Below, piece by piece: positions 1 through 8,879 of a stretch of DNA of 64,000 nt; position 1 is the first letter of the stretch; every line of letters starts with the position of its first letter. The notes beneath the pieces are model-generated. The model did no database searches and had not been told where the DNA came from. It saw only the letters and a list, made by a program, of their open reading frames with translations. The translations under genes were made by a program, and so were the position numbers. Source of the stretch: an uncultured archaeon (GTDB taxonomy: Archaea > Thermoplasmatota > Penumbrarchaeia > JASLWR01); contig CAYFHS010000017.1 of NCBI GenBank assembly GCA_964342815.1, positions 1 through 64,000 of the forward strand. Reading direction: 5' to 3'.

Positions 1-4
1 AACT

Positions 5-223
5 ATGAGACGATATTTTGATTTATGTTATGAACAATGGTCATTATATCATAACCATAAAAAAATTGATATCGAATTGTGGAGTGAATGGCAATATAAT
101 ATGATAGGTACGATCCGAAATCCTGCATTTATTGCATATTGGAAAGTTGTGAAAAAGAACACATATCTAGAAAAAGAATTTATAAAGTTTATTGATAAAA
201 ATACGATTGGCATTGTATCTTAA
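5..223 (+). CDS. 3' end of a hypothetical protein, probably cut by the window edge (weakly DUF4760-like)
   Basis: 72-aa ORF with no upstream stop in the window; AT-rich; aromatic-rich helical pattern YFDLCYEQW...W.EW. Confidence 0.45.
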   Translation: MRRYFDLCYEQWSLYHNHKKIDIELWSEWQYNMIGTIRNPAFIAYWKVVKKNTYLEKEFIKFIDKNTIGIVS

Positions 224-296
224 ATTATAGTCAAATTTTCCGGGGATTAGAAAATCTTCCATTCAATTTAGTAAAAATGATGGTCTGCATTATATA

Positions 297-734
297 CTAA
301 TATATAATGAATTCAAGGTTCTGATCGGTTGCCTGGAGACCTAAACTTATGGGACCGTATATCTGTCCCTTCACCGCCACCATATCCTTCGTTCCGGAAA
401 GATGTTCTTTCATGCTAGCGAGACCTACACTGCTTCGTTCTTTTATACCGAAGTAATCCAGGTTTTCCGCCGCTGCATTCGAATAGAACTTCTCCAGCTC
501 ATGTGCGGTTTCCAGTGAATCCGTATCCACCCTCAACTTTTCACTGTCGGAAGATAAACCCGGAAAGCTGTCAAGGTATTGGAAATTCATCTCTTCAGAT
601 CGTCTCAGTTTGGGAAGCTGAGGCCAGAAGGGGATAATAGAAAAATTCTTGAGAATATTTTCATATGCATCATGAACTGATGTGAAAGGAACACTTCCGA
701 TACCAGTGGCCCGGCAGTTAGCGTCGAAACTCAT
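297..734 (-). pseudogene. N-terminal half of a core (folate-independent, MesB-like) methionine synthase; truncated
   Basis: GGAG RBS then ATG 734 (MSFDANCRATGIGSVP); motifs TGIGS.P, FWPQLP, KGQ..GPIS.GL; stops after 145 aa where family members continue for roughly 200 aa with the Zn ligands. Confidence 0.65.
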
Positions 735-896
735 CCAATAACTCTCCCAATCCAAGACGAATATTTGTGTATGTATGAAGTGAGAAACGGACATATACAA
801 AAGTAAATAACAATGGCGAAAAACGGGCCGATGACGATAAAAGAATTCTTCATGCGACATCCCCGTTCATTTCAGTATAATTAAGGTAATAGATAG

Positions 897-1937
897 CTAC
901 ATTCCCAGATATTTCGAGTACAATGATTTGGCGGTCTTTTCGTCACTGGTCCCGTTTATGGTTGCCCGGCCATCTTTAAAGATCGTTATCTCGAAGCCTG
1001 GTAATTTGAACACGAGCGCGAATTCCCTGTATTCGACCTCTCCCACCTTCCCTAATTTGGCCCCCAGTTCATCAAGTGAAATATCACTTCGTTTTATTGG
1101 GCTTATCTGGACGACATCCTTCCCACATAGTGCCGTCACCATTGTCCGTTTCTTGACATTTAAGAATTCAAAATCATGCTCAACACAACATCTGCAATCG
1201 TTTTTTCTGGAAACATTTACTTTTTCCCAGCTATGCGTCCACGCGTCTATCATGAAAAGTCCATCATTTATGTTTTTACTATCCAAAAGCAGCTTTATCA
1301 CCTCAGCGCTCTCAACGGCTGCCACAATAGAGGTAACGGAATTCAATATCCCAGCGGTGTCGCAGGTACCCAGAGAACCAGCCGGAGGTATCCCCGGGAT
1401 GATACATTTCAGGCAGGGTGAATCATGGGGGATTATGGTCATGGTCATTCCCTGCGTCCCAATGGCTCCGGCATATATCCAAGGAATCTCATTCTTCACG
1501 CACACATCGTTTATGAGAAAACGCGTTTCCATATTATCGGTACCGTCCACAACTACATCTGTTCCCTTGATCATAAGCTCGGCATTGCTGAAATTCAAGT
1601 CTCGCAGATATGCATCAATCCTTATATCCGAATTGATTTTTTTCAGTTTTTCCGCAGCAACCATTACCTTTGAGCGGCCCACGTCATCTTCGTCATACAA
1701 TATCTGACGCTGCAGGTTGTTCAACTCAATTACATCCCGATCCACAAGTTTGATATGACCGATCCCAGCCCTAGCGAGGTTATTGGCGATATGCCCCCCC
1801 AATGCACCTAAACCTATAACCAACACCTTGGAATCCATTAAAAGTTTCTGACCATCAGGCCCTATCTCGGGTAAGAGCATCTGCCGTGAATACCTTTCGG
1901 TCCTGTTTATCGGTTCCTTGCTCCAATCATTCATCAT
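897..1937 (-). CDS. moeB: ThiF/MoeB/UbaA-family E1-like adenylyltransferase with C-terminal extension domain
   Basis: RYSRQ, GLGALGG, NNLQRQILY, VVDGTDN, CLKC...CRCC Zn pairs, catalytic Cys in GTCDTAG; GGTGAT RBS before ATG 1937. Confidence 0.9.
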   Translation of the reverse strand: MMNDWSKEPINRTERYSRQMLLPEIGPDGQKLLMDSKVLVIGLGALGGHIANNLARAGIGHIKLVDRDVIELNNLQRQILYDEDDVGRSKVMVAAEKLKKINSDIRIDAYLRDLNFSNAELMIKGTDVVVDGTDNMETRFLINDVCVKNEIPWIYAGAIGTQGMTMTIIPHDSPCLKCIIPGIPPAGSLGTCDTAGILNSVTSIVAAVESAEVIKLLLDSKNINDGLFMIDAWTHSWEKVNVSRKNDCRCCVEHDFEFLNVKKRTMVTALCGKDVVQISPIKRSDISLDELGAKLGKVGEVEYREFALVFKLPGFEITIFKDGRATINGTSDEKTAKSLYSKYLGM

Positions 1938-2084
1938 ATCACCCGAACACCGCATTTATTTCACCAAATCCATGGTTTTCCGGTGTTCTTATTATCGTTG
2001 CTGGTAATTCCATCCCCTGGAGGACTTGGCATGAAATTCAATTAATGAGATGTTATTCGTCTTCTAAAGTGTAAACGTAAATAC

Positions 2085-2094
2085 TATATATAAA
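2085..2094. promoter_or_regulatory. TATA box, possibly bidirectional (thi4 / moeB)
   Basis: TATATATAAA in the divergent intergenic region, ~60 nt upstream of the thi4 start. Confidence 0.55.
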
Positions 2095-2156
2095 TCTGTA
2101 CCATCCGCCTGACCAAAGTTTAGGGATTGAATTGTAATCAAGGAAGGTGTGAAAAA

Positions 2157-2939
2157 GTGATTTTTGGACAGGCAAGCGAAAGTGACGTCACGAAAGCGAT
2201 AATCAGACAATTCGCAAAGGACATGGACGAGTATATTGAAAGCGATGTTATAATCATCGGAGGCGGACCCAGCGGATTAATGGCAGCCAGGGAACTTGCA
2301 AGTAAAAACGTGAAAGTCCTTGTGGTCGAGAGAAATAATTATCTAGGGGGTGGATTCTGGATCGGTGGTTATCTCATGAACACAATCACTATTCGGGAAC
2401 CTGCCCAAAAAGTGTTGGATGAACTTGGTATAAGTTACGAAGCATATTCTGAGACTTTGTATATGACTCCGGGCCCATTGGCGTGTTCGAAATTGATCGC
2501 CGCAGCCTGTGAAGCCGGAGCCAAGATCCTAAATATGACTAAATTCGACGACATAGTGATCCGAGAAGGCAATCGGGTAGCAGGTGCTGTGATAAACTGG
2601 AGCCCAATCTCCGCATTGCCCAGAGAAATAACCTGTGTAGATCCCGTGGCTTTGGAATCTCGTATCGTGGTCGATGCCACCGGGCATGATGCAGTGGTAG
2701 TGAAAAAATTGGAGGAAAGGGGTTTGATTGAGACCGTTGGATTCGGTGCAATGTGGGTCGAAAAATCCGAAGATCTGGTTGTTGAACATACTGGTGAGGT
2801 CTATCCCGGCTTGATAGCCACCGGTATGTCGGTATCTACCACATACGGATTACCCCGAATGGGCCCAACCTTCGGTTCCATGCTTCTATCGGGCAAGAAA
2901 GGGGCTGAAATAGCCTATGACCTCCTCAATAATAAATAG
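2157..2939 (+). CDS. thi4: Thi4 thiazole biosynthetic enzyme (adenylated thiazole synthase), Cys-type
   Basis: [43 protein letters not shown]; GTG 2157 after AGGAAGGTG. Confidence 0.93.
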   Translation: MIFGQASESDVTKAIIRQFAKDMDEYIESDVIIIGGGPSGLMAARELASKNVKVLVVERNNYLGGGFWIGGYLMNTITIREPAQKVLDELGISYEAYSETLYMTPGPLACSKLIAAACEAGAKILNMTKFDDIVIREGNRVAGAVINWSPISALPREITCVDPVALESRIVVDATGHDAVVVKKLEERGLIETVGFGAMWVEKSEDLVVEHTGEVYPGLIATGMSVSTTYGLPRMGPTFGSMLLSGKKGAEIAYDLLNNK

Positions 2940-3777
2940 ACCCAGAACCGTTATACTCTATGATGATATTACTTCAGGAAACCTGGTTCTATCCGATTTA
3001 AAGAAGTTTATTACTGACCTTATTCCTGGTATCAAAGTGAATCTTAGGAAAGGATTCATTGCACATTTTCTTCCTACTGAAAATTATCAGGAATTCGCAG
3101 GTAAACTGGCTCGAATAAAAATCAGGGATCAAAAACGGATCATAGAGGATTTCAAACCATTACCCGGCGAGATACAATTTGAGAAAAAATTGCTGGATGA
3201 GTCGAAAATTCGAAGGATCGGTGTGGTATATGACGGCTTTGAATTTCAGGGATTATTGAGAGGCCTTTTAGCGGAAAACGAACTTAATATGGCCGTTATA
3301 CATATTGCATTTACCAACCGGCTCATAGCCACCTTCGATGATAATGACAGGCGCTATCACGCACGGGTGATCATATCGGGATACCCCTCGGTAATCTCCA
3401 CCAGCGGTGTTGTGGAGGCCCCGGCCAAACCCAGAGAATTCTACCGCATGAAACAGATGGGGATAATTCTTGGAAATACAACGGTTCCAGCCGAAATATT
3501 GAACCAGCATTTCGAAGGTAGGGTCATGGAGCACGACGACGGGAGACTGACCGAGGTTATGAAAGGATATATAATGCAAGCCGTCTTTTATCATACAACA
3601 GGCAGGGCCTTCTGCAATGATCAAAACTGTCGATTGTTCAACGCACACTGGCAGGATGAGCTGATACAAGCACAAGTGAAAAGCGGCAGGCTGTGTGATG
3701 ATCACAGCAGAATTATACAAGATTTAAAATTATCATTTGAACGCGATCCCGGTGGTACGCCACACTCTCAATCGTAG
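2917..3777 (+). CDS. Archaeal putative metallopeptidase (DUF6775-like)
   Basis: [13 protein letters not shown]-like [12 protein letters not shown]; FYHTTG..FC....C.LFNAHWQ.ELI.AQ...G.LC..H; start uncertain. Confidence 0.65.
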   Translation: MTSSIINRPRTVILYDDITSGNLVLSDLKKFITDLIPGIKVNLRKGFIAHFLPTENYQEFAGKLARIKIRDQKRIIEDFKPLPGEIQFEKKLLDESKIRRIGVVYDGFEFQGLLRGLLAENELNMAVIHIAFTNRLIATFDDNDRRYHARVIISGYPSVISTSGVVEAPAKPREFYRMKQMGIILGNTTVPAEILNQHFEGRVMEHDDGRLTEVMKGYIMQAVFYHTTGRAFCNDQNCRLFNAHWQDELIQAQVKSGRLCDDHSRIIQDLKLSFERDPGGTPHSQS

Positions 3778-3823
3778 CCATAAGGGTTTGGGCATTCAAG
3801 CAAACGGTAGGTAGGGCACGAAA

Positions 3824-5035
3824 ATGGAAATCGAAAAAATACGAAAGGATTTTCCGTTACTGGATAAAAAGATAGATGAAAAACCCATCATATATCTCGA
3901 CAGCGCTTGCGTTACGCTGATGCCCCAGCAGGTTATGAATTCCATGAACGACTATTATACTAACATGGGGTCCTGCGGGGCACGAAGCGTTCACCGATTG
4001 GGTGTAGACGTAACGAGAAAATGCGAAGATGTCCGGGAAAATATCAGACGATTTCTCAATGCTGAGGATAGACGCGAAATAGTTTTTACGAAGAACTCCA
4101 CGGAAGCCATAAATTTGGTGGCCAATTCCTTGATATTTGAAAAGAATGATATGGTCATTACCACTGATCGGGAGCATAATTCCAATCAACTGGTCTGGCA
4201 GAATTTTGGGGAATTAGGGAAAATTAAACACGTTTCTTCAAGATCAAAAGAAGATGATACATTCGATCTAGAGGGATTCAAAGAATTATGTACCGGAAAC
4301 GTTAAGCTAGTAAGCATTTACCATACATCGAACCTGGACGGATATACTCTGCCCGTGAAAGAAATTACCGATATTGCTCATGAGAACAATGCTCTGGTCA
4401 TGCTTGATGCGGCTCAATCCGCGGGTCACAGAAAGATTGACGTGAAGAGCTTGGACATTGACCTTTTATGTTTTTCGTTTCACAAGATGCTGGGACCCAG
4501 CCTAGGTGTTCTTTACGGCAAGTCGGATGTGCTTGAAAAACTTTCACCATTCATTGTTGGTGGAGGAACCGCTGCAAAGATTGGGGACGAAGGAATCGAG
4601 TACGAAAAAACTCCGAGGAAATTCGAAGGCGGGCTCCAGAACTATGCTGGAATAATCGGAGGCGGGGCGGCCGTAGATTATATAGAGAACGTTGGCCGGG
4701 AAAGAATAAGGGAATACGAGAATACGCTTTGGAAATATGTTTCGAAAAGACTTGGGGATATCCAGGGGATATCTTTCTTGGGTGTGAATGATGCCGGGCA
4801 CTGCGGGGGTATATTAAATTTCAATATCGACGGGATGAATCCTCATGATGTCGCAATGTATCTGGACAGTTCGGCGAATATAATGGTTCGTTCAGGTATG
4901 CATTGTCTGCACAGCTGGTACAATAGAAAAAAGATCGACGGGAGCGTTCGGGCATCCTTCTATCTTTACAATACAATGGACGAAGCAAAAATATTTTGCG
5001 AAAAGATCGAGGAACTGCTGAGGGTATTGTGCTGA
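3824..5035 (+). CDS. Class II (SufS/CsdA-like) cysteine desulfurase, aminotransferase class V
   Basis: IRKDFP, IYLDSA, EH.SN, DAAQS, PLP lysine SFHKMLGP, catalytic Cys in RSGMHC, RASFYLYNT. Confidence 0.88.
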   Translation: MEIEKIRKDFPLLDKKIDEKPIIYLDSACVTLMPQQVMNSMNDYYTNMGSCGARSVHRLGVDVTRKCEDVRENIRRFLNAEDRREIVFTKNSTEAINLVANSLIFEKNDMVITTDREHNSNQLVWQNFGELGKIKHVSSRSKEDDTFDLEGFKELCTGNVKLVSIYHTSNLDGYTLPVKEITDIAHENNALVMLDAAQSAGHRKIDVKSLDIDLLCFSFHKMLGPSLGVLYGKSDVLEKLSPFIVGGGTAAKIGDEGIEYEKTPRKFEGGLQNYAGIIGGGAAVDYIENVGRERIREYENTLWKYVSKRLGDIQGISFLGVNDAGHCGGILNFNIDGMNPHDVAMYLDSSANIMVRSGMHCLHSWYNRKKIDGSVRASFYLYNTMDEAKIFCEKIEELLRVLC

Positions 5036-5036
5036 A

Positions 5037-5303
5037 ATGAGTTTCTATATGCTCGAGCTTTGCAGCTCCAAAGGCGCTTACGAAGCGGTACCAAATACGT
5101 CGATGAAGCTTGAACTTCCCAATCTGGAAGGTAGTTTCAAGGATAAAGGATCGAAAATAATCTGCAACGCGAGGGTTCTTCTTATCATAGAGCAGTTTTG
5201 TGAAGTCACCATTTATCCCGACGGAAGGCTTCTTATGAAGACCGATTCGGAAGAGGAAGCGAGAAAGACCGCCGAATGGGTTTATTCGGTTATTAGGACG
5301 TGA
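5037..5303 (+). CDS. Small protein homologous to the C-terminal extension domain of the MoeB at 897-1937
   Basis: 1-nt gap after the desulfurase stop; LELCSSK...EVTIYPDGRLLMKTDSEEEARK aligns by eye with TALCGKD...EITIFKDGRATINGTSDEKTAK. Confidence 0.75.
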   Translation: MSFYMLELCSSKGAYEAVPNTSMKLELPNLEGSFKDKGSKIICNARVLLIIEQFCEVTIYPDGRLLMKTDSEEEARKTAEWVYSVIRT

Positions 5304-5362
5304 TCAATTCGAAGATCTGTGAAAGTTTGTCAATGTTATGAGATAATACATAACCGAAAAAG

Positions 5363-5845
5363 TTATCTGCGGTACTTTCTCGAAAACAGTATTGCCACTC
5401 CCAAGAAAATTACGAGAGCCTCAATCCCAATAAATCCAGGAGAATCATCCTTGGAATCACCATTTGTATCATCCTCATTGACAGCCTGGGTGACAGTCAG
5501 TGTTATATACTCTTCATCCACCGTATTTGGTTCTTCGGTTATCTCACCGTCAATTACCGTGATCTCCAGCTGATATTCTCCTTCCGGAATGGTCGATGGC
5601 ACGGTTATAGTACAGGTAAACTTGCGCCTATCTTCATCATCCATGGATCCGTCGTCGGTCATTTTTACATTACCCTCATCAAGATCACCGAGATCGATGG
5701 TCACCTTATCAATGTCTGAAATACCGTTCTCATCTGCCACGATTACCGACAGGACAACCTCGGTCTCATCATCATTTGGGACTGAAGAGGGGGTCGCTCG
5801 GAGCTTTGAGAGGACCGGGATATAATTGAGCGGTGGTTTCCTCAA
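5363..5845 (-). pseudogene. Frameshift-separated C-terminal part of the choice-of-anchor X surface protein: last Ig-like repeat plus PGF-CTERM sorting signal
   Basis: Repeat PSSVPNDDETEVVL...MTDDG; ends SPGFIGIEALVIFLGVAILFSRKYRR; overlaps the upstream ORF out of frame. Confidence 0.75.
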
Positions 5846-7976
5846 CCCGCACAGTTATGCTGGTTTCAGCTTCAAATCCGTCCTTATCCACAGCCTGTAT
5901 GGTGATCTGGTAATCACCTTCATCGATATTGTCTGCCACGGTTATGGTTAAAGTATATGTTTCACTGCCATCATCATACTGCATTTCATAGTTGGATAAG
6001 AGACCCAAAGGAGTTAGATCTGCGAACACCGATTCCAGGTTATCATCTTCATCGTTGGCATCCACATAAAAGGTCAGTTCGGTTTCCCCATCGTTGGGAA
6101 CTGTTGGCGAAGACAGCTGAACGTCATCTATGGTGGGTGCATGAAGCTGCGCGCTTACAGTTATGGTAATATTCTGGTAAACATCCATGGGATTGATCCC
6201 GTCATCCCTCGCCGTTATCATTGCCACATATTCGTCGGGTTCGATGTAAGTCGGGACGATAAGCAAGCATGAATAGGTCCCGTCATCAGCAAGCTCGTCC
6301 CCGTCGTTTCCATCATCCGTCATAGGTGAGTATTTCGAACCGCCCAGATCCTTTAGATTTATCTCTACGGCATGGGAATCCTCCTCATCCGGGTCATCGA
6401 GCTCGACAGTTAGTAAATTTTCAGTGCTCCCATCATTTGGAACCGTTTCCAGCAGCGCCTTGGGATTGGAGAGCACCGGAGGATTATTGGCAATCAAAAC
6501 CTTAAGAGAGATTTGATCAAATACCTCTTCATCCGCCCAGTCCCTTGCTCTCACCGAGAGTTGATAGGTTCCCGGGATGGTATCGATATCAATTACCGTT
6601 CTTACAGAATAGATATCATCATCCTCGGAAACATCTCCTGCAGCACCGTTATCAAGCATAGGAGTGAACTCTTTACCTCCTATAGCCCTGAGATCCACGG
6701 TGACATCCTTCAACATCTTTTCATTTGCAGTATTTTGATCTGTGACCTCGGCGGTGAGAAGGACTTCGGTATCCTCATCGTTGGGCGCTTCCCCTGGATC
6801 TGCAGATGTTTCTTCAATTTCCGGTGGAAAATTTCTCAAAACCACTGTCAGCTGACCGAGAACTGTATCGTTGACCAATCCGTCTTTATCGCGGGCCGTT
6901 ATCGCTAAATTATAATCACCCGGAACAGTATCCGTGGAAACAGTGATTTCGATGGAATAATAATCATCGGAGGCGCTTGTATCGCCATGGGAACCGTCAT
7001 CATACATTTCTTGTGATGCATCCCCTCCCAGCTGCGATATGTCGATTATCACCGGATTGCTGCTGGCCAAACCCTCTCCATCGATAACCTTGACCTTTAA
7101 TAGAGTGGTTTCTAGTTCGTCATTTGCCACAGTATCAGGGTCTGCTGAAAACAAGCTAACCTGGGGTTTGTTATTTACTGCAATAGATGTATCGAAAAGT
7201 TCTTCAATACCTTTCTTCGTATCAGTATTGTTATAGGTTTCTTCATAATCAACATATAGAAATGTCCCGTAATCGACAGAATACCACCTGTTGTCTTTCT
7301 GGGCGGTTCCCGAAGCGGTAATTTTATAACATTGGACATTGGAAGCTGCAGGGACGCTCTTCGACTCGGTTCCCGAGCATTGGGCAGCCAGGTTTATGGT
7401 CGCTTGCTTTATCTTGTTGATGCTCATTCCCCCGGCATTTCCGACCTTGTGGACTGTCTTGGTCGTCATGACATTCCATGCATCCGGAAGTCCGTCGGGT
7501 TCGATGGGAAAGGCGTAATAATCCTCCACCGGGGAATAGCTTATGAAGTAATGATAGTAATAGTCCATTCCACCACCGCTGCCATCTTCGTACCTATATT
7601 CGTAAACCATGGCCAGGTCCGATTTTCGAATCAACCTGAACCCTGAATACGTCCCGGCTTTATTCATCGAGCTTCCCGCAGCGTTGAAGGTCCCGGAAAT
7701 CGTCAGGTTGTAACAGGTATGCCCGTCGTAGATGGACGTTCCCGCCACTGTATATTTTACGCGATTGTTCCAAGCATATTCCGAGGATCCCCCCATCCCA
7801 CTCACTTCTTTGGTGTTATACGCCTCATTATATTCCCAGTAATCACCGTTATTCCACACGGGTACCTGGGCGCTTGCTCTGGTACTCCCGGAACCGGTGG
7901 CCGAAAATTGCATTAATCCAGCGGTCAAAAACAATATCGCTATCAACAGTTGCGAACTCTTTTTCATTTTTTTCAC
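5772..7976 (-). CDS. Secreted surface protein with four choice-of-anchor X-like repeats (N-terminal part, frameshifted before its anchor)
   Basis: Signal peptide; P.W..GD.W.Y N-terminal domain; repeats with PND..TE.LL and M.DDG..GD..A.D..YS. Confidence 0.8.
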   Translation of the reverse strand: MKKMKKSSQLLIAILFLTAGLMQFSATGSGSTRASAQVPVWNNGDYWEYNEAYNTKEVSGMGGSSEYAWNNRVKYTVAGTSIYDGHTCYNLTISGTFNAAGSSMNKAGTYSGFRLIRKSDLAMVYEYRYEDGSGGGMDYYYHYFISYSPVEDYYAFPIEPDGLPDAWNVMTTKTVHKVGNAGGMSINKIKQATINLAAQCSGTESKSVPAASNVQCYKITASGTAQKDNRWYSVDYGTFLYVDYEETYNNTDTKKGIEELFDTSIAVNNKPQVSLFSADPDTVANDELETTLLKVKVIDGEGLASSNPVIIDISQLGGDASQEMYDDGSHGDTSASDDYYSIEITVSTDTVPGDYNLAITARDKDGLVNDTVLGQLTVVLRNFPPEIEETSADPGEAPNDEDTEVLLTAEVTDQNTANEKMLKDVTVDLRAIGGKEFTPMLDNGAAGDVSEDDDIYSVRTVIDIDTIPGTYQLSVRARDWADEEVFDQISLKVLIANNPPVLSNPKALLETVPNDGSTENLLTVELDDPDEEDSHAVEINLKDLGGSKYSPMTDDGNDGDELADDGTYSCLLIVPTYIEPDEYVAMITARDDGINPMDVYQNITITVSAQLHAPTIDDVQLSSPTVPNDGETELTFYVDANDEDDNLESVFADLTPLGLLSNYEMQYDDGSETYTLTITVADNIDEGDYQITIQAVDKDGFEAETSITVRVEETTAQLYPGPLKAPSDPLFSPK

Positions 7977-8102
7977 CCCTTACAGTCATATCTTCTACTT
8001 TCAAAGCTGTTTTGTCGTTATCATGATAAAATTCTTTCGAGACAGATAATGGAATATCATGGTCATACTTTATAATAGTTTTTGGTTGATACCAAATATA
8101 AT

Positions 8103-8879
8103 TCATGTAATTATTTTTCCATCACTGTATATATTCAACCTTCGGCCCCTAAGAAATCCGACCAATCCCATATCGTATCTTTTAGCAATACGCACGGCTG
8201 AATCGAGAACGGCGCTCCTGGAGACTATCACCGGGACCCTTGCGCGGAGGCATTTGAGACAGATGTCTGAGGTTATCCGACCGGTTACGTACAGTATTTT
8301 ATCTTCCATTCCAACCCCCCCTATCAATAGTTTACCAACCACCTTATCCACAGCGTTATGCCGACCGATGTCATACGCAAGATCGATCAAATTTATATCC
8401 TTGTCAAACAGGAATGCGTAATGAAAAGCCCCTGTCAGCTTGTGTTCCTCGGTCCTATCCTTTATCTCTGAATTGATCTTCAAAAGGTCCGAGCTCTTTA
8501 TATTCAGTCCTGTATCGAATTTGGTTAATCGGTCCCCGCTCCGCTTTATTCCGCTACCGCTTCCGCATTCGGTCCATATTATGTTGTAATTCCTCTTCAG
8601 TAACGATCTTTTTACCTCAAAATCCTTGATTCGGACGGTCACATAGATTACATCTTCCTTCTCCCATTCCCGGTATTCTTCCAGTTCATCCACAATTCGG
8701 ACAAAACCCTCCGTATACATATGGCCGTATACAAAAAACCGGATATCCCCAGGAGAAATTATTGTATCGAAACTCAATCCTTCTTGGATTTCTACATTGA
8801 GCATTCTCTCTTCGGCCAGGGTATCTTCTACCGTCTCTGTGCTTCCGTTTCTATATCGCAATATCGAAATTTTCTTTAT
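8103..8879 (-). CDS. fdhD: FdhD formate dehydrogenase accessory sulfurtransferase
   Basis: EE.ML, G.MYTEG, TGAFHYA, DIGRHNAVDKVVG, TGRI, SRSA, GFLRG; start either ATA 8879 (RBS GGTGAT) or TTG 8861. Confidence 0.9.
   Translation of the reverse strand: MKKISILRYRNGSTETVEDTLAEERMLNVEIQEGLSFDTIISPGDIRFFVYGHMYTEGFVRIVDELEEYREWEKEDVIYVTVRIKDFEVKRSLLKRNYNIIWTECGSGSGIKRSGDRLTKFDTGLNIKSSDLLKINSEIKDRTEEHKLTGAFHYAFLFDKDINLIDLAYDIGRHNAVDKVVGKLLIGGVGMEDKILYVTGRITSDICLKCLRARVPVIVSRSAVLDSAVRIAKRYDMGLVGFLRGRRLNIYSDGKIIT

Noticed and set aside
735-860. N-terminal extension of ORF 297..860
   Set aside because: Homology and the RBS begin at ATG 734; the extension is not protein-like
928-1707. 259-aa plus-strand ORF, and similarly 8721..9605 and other long antisense ORFs
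   Set aside because: Shadow frames of well-supported genes on the opposite strand
1961-2032. 23-aa minus-strand ORF MPSPPGDG...KPWIW upstream of moeB
   Set aside because: Too short, no RBS, no ThiS/MoaD-like GG C-terminus; not supportable as a gene
2015-2130. TPP-riboswitch-like fragments upstream of thi4 (GAGGAC..ATGAGA..GTCTTC; CCTGAC...TAGGGA)
   Set aside because: The P5/L5 GATAATGC element and CTGAGA are missing, and a TATA box lies in the middle, so most of it would be upstream of the transcript start
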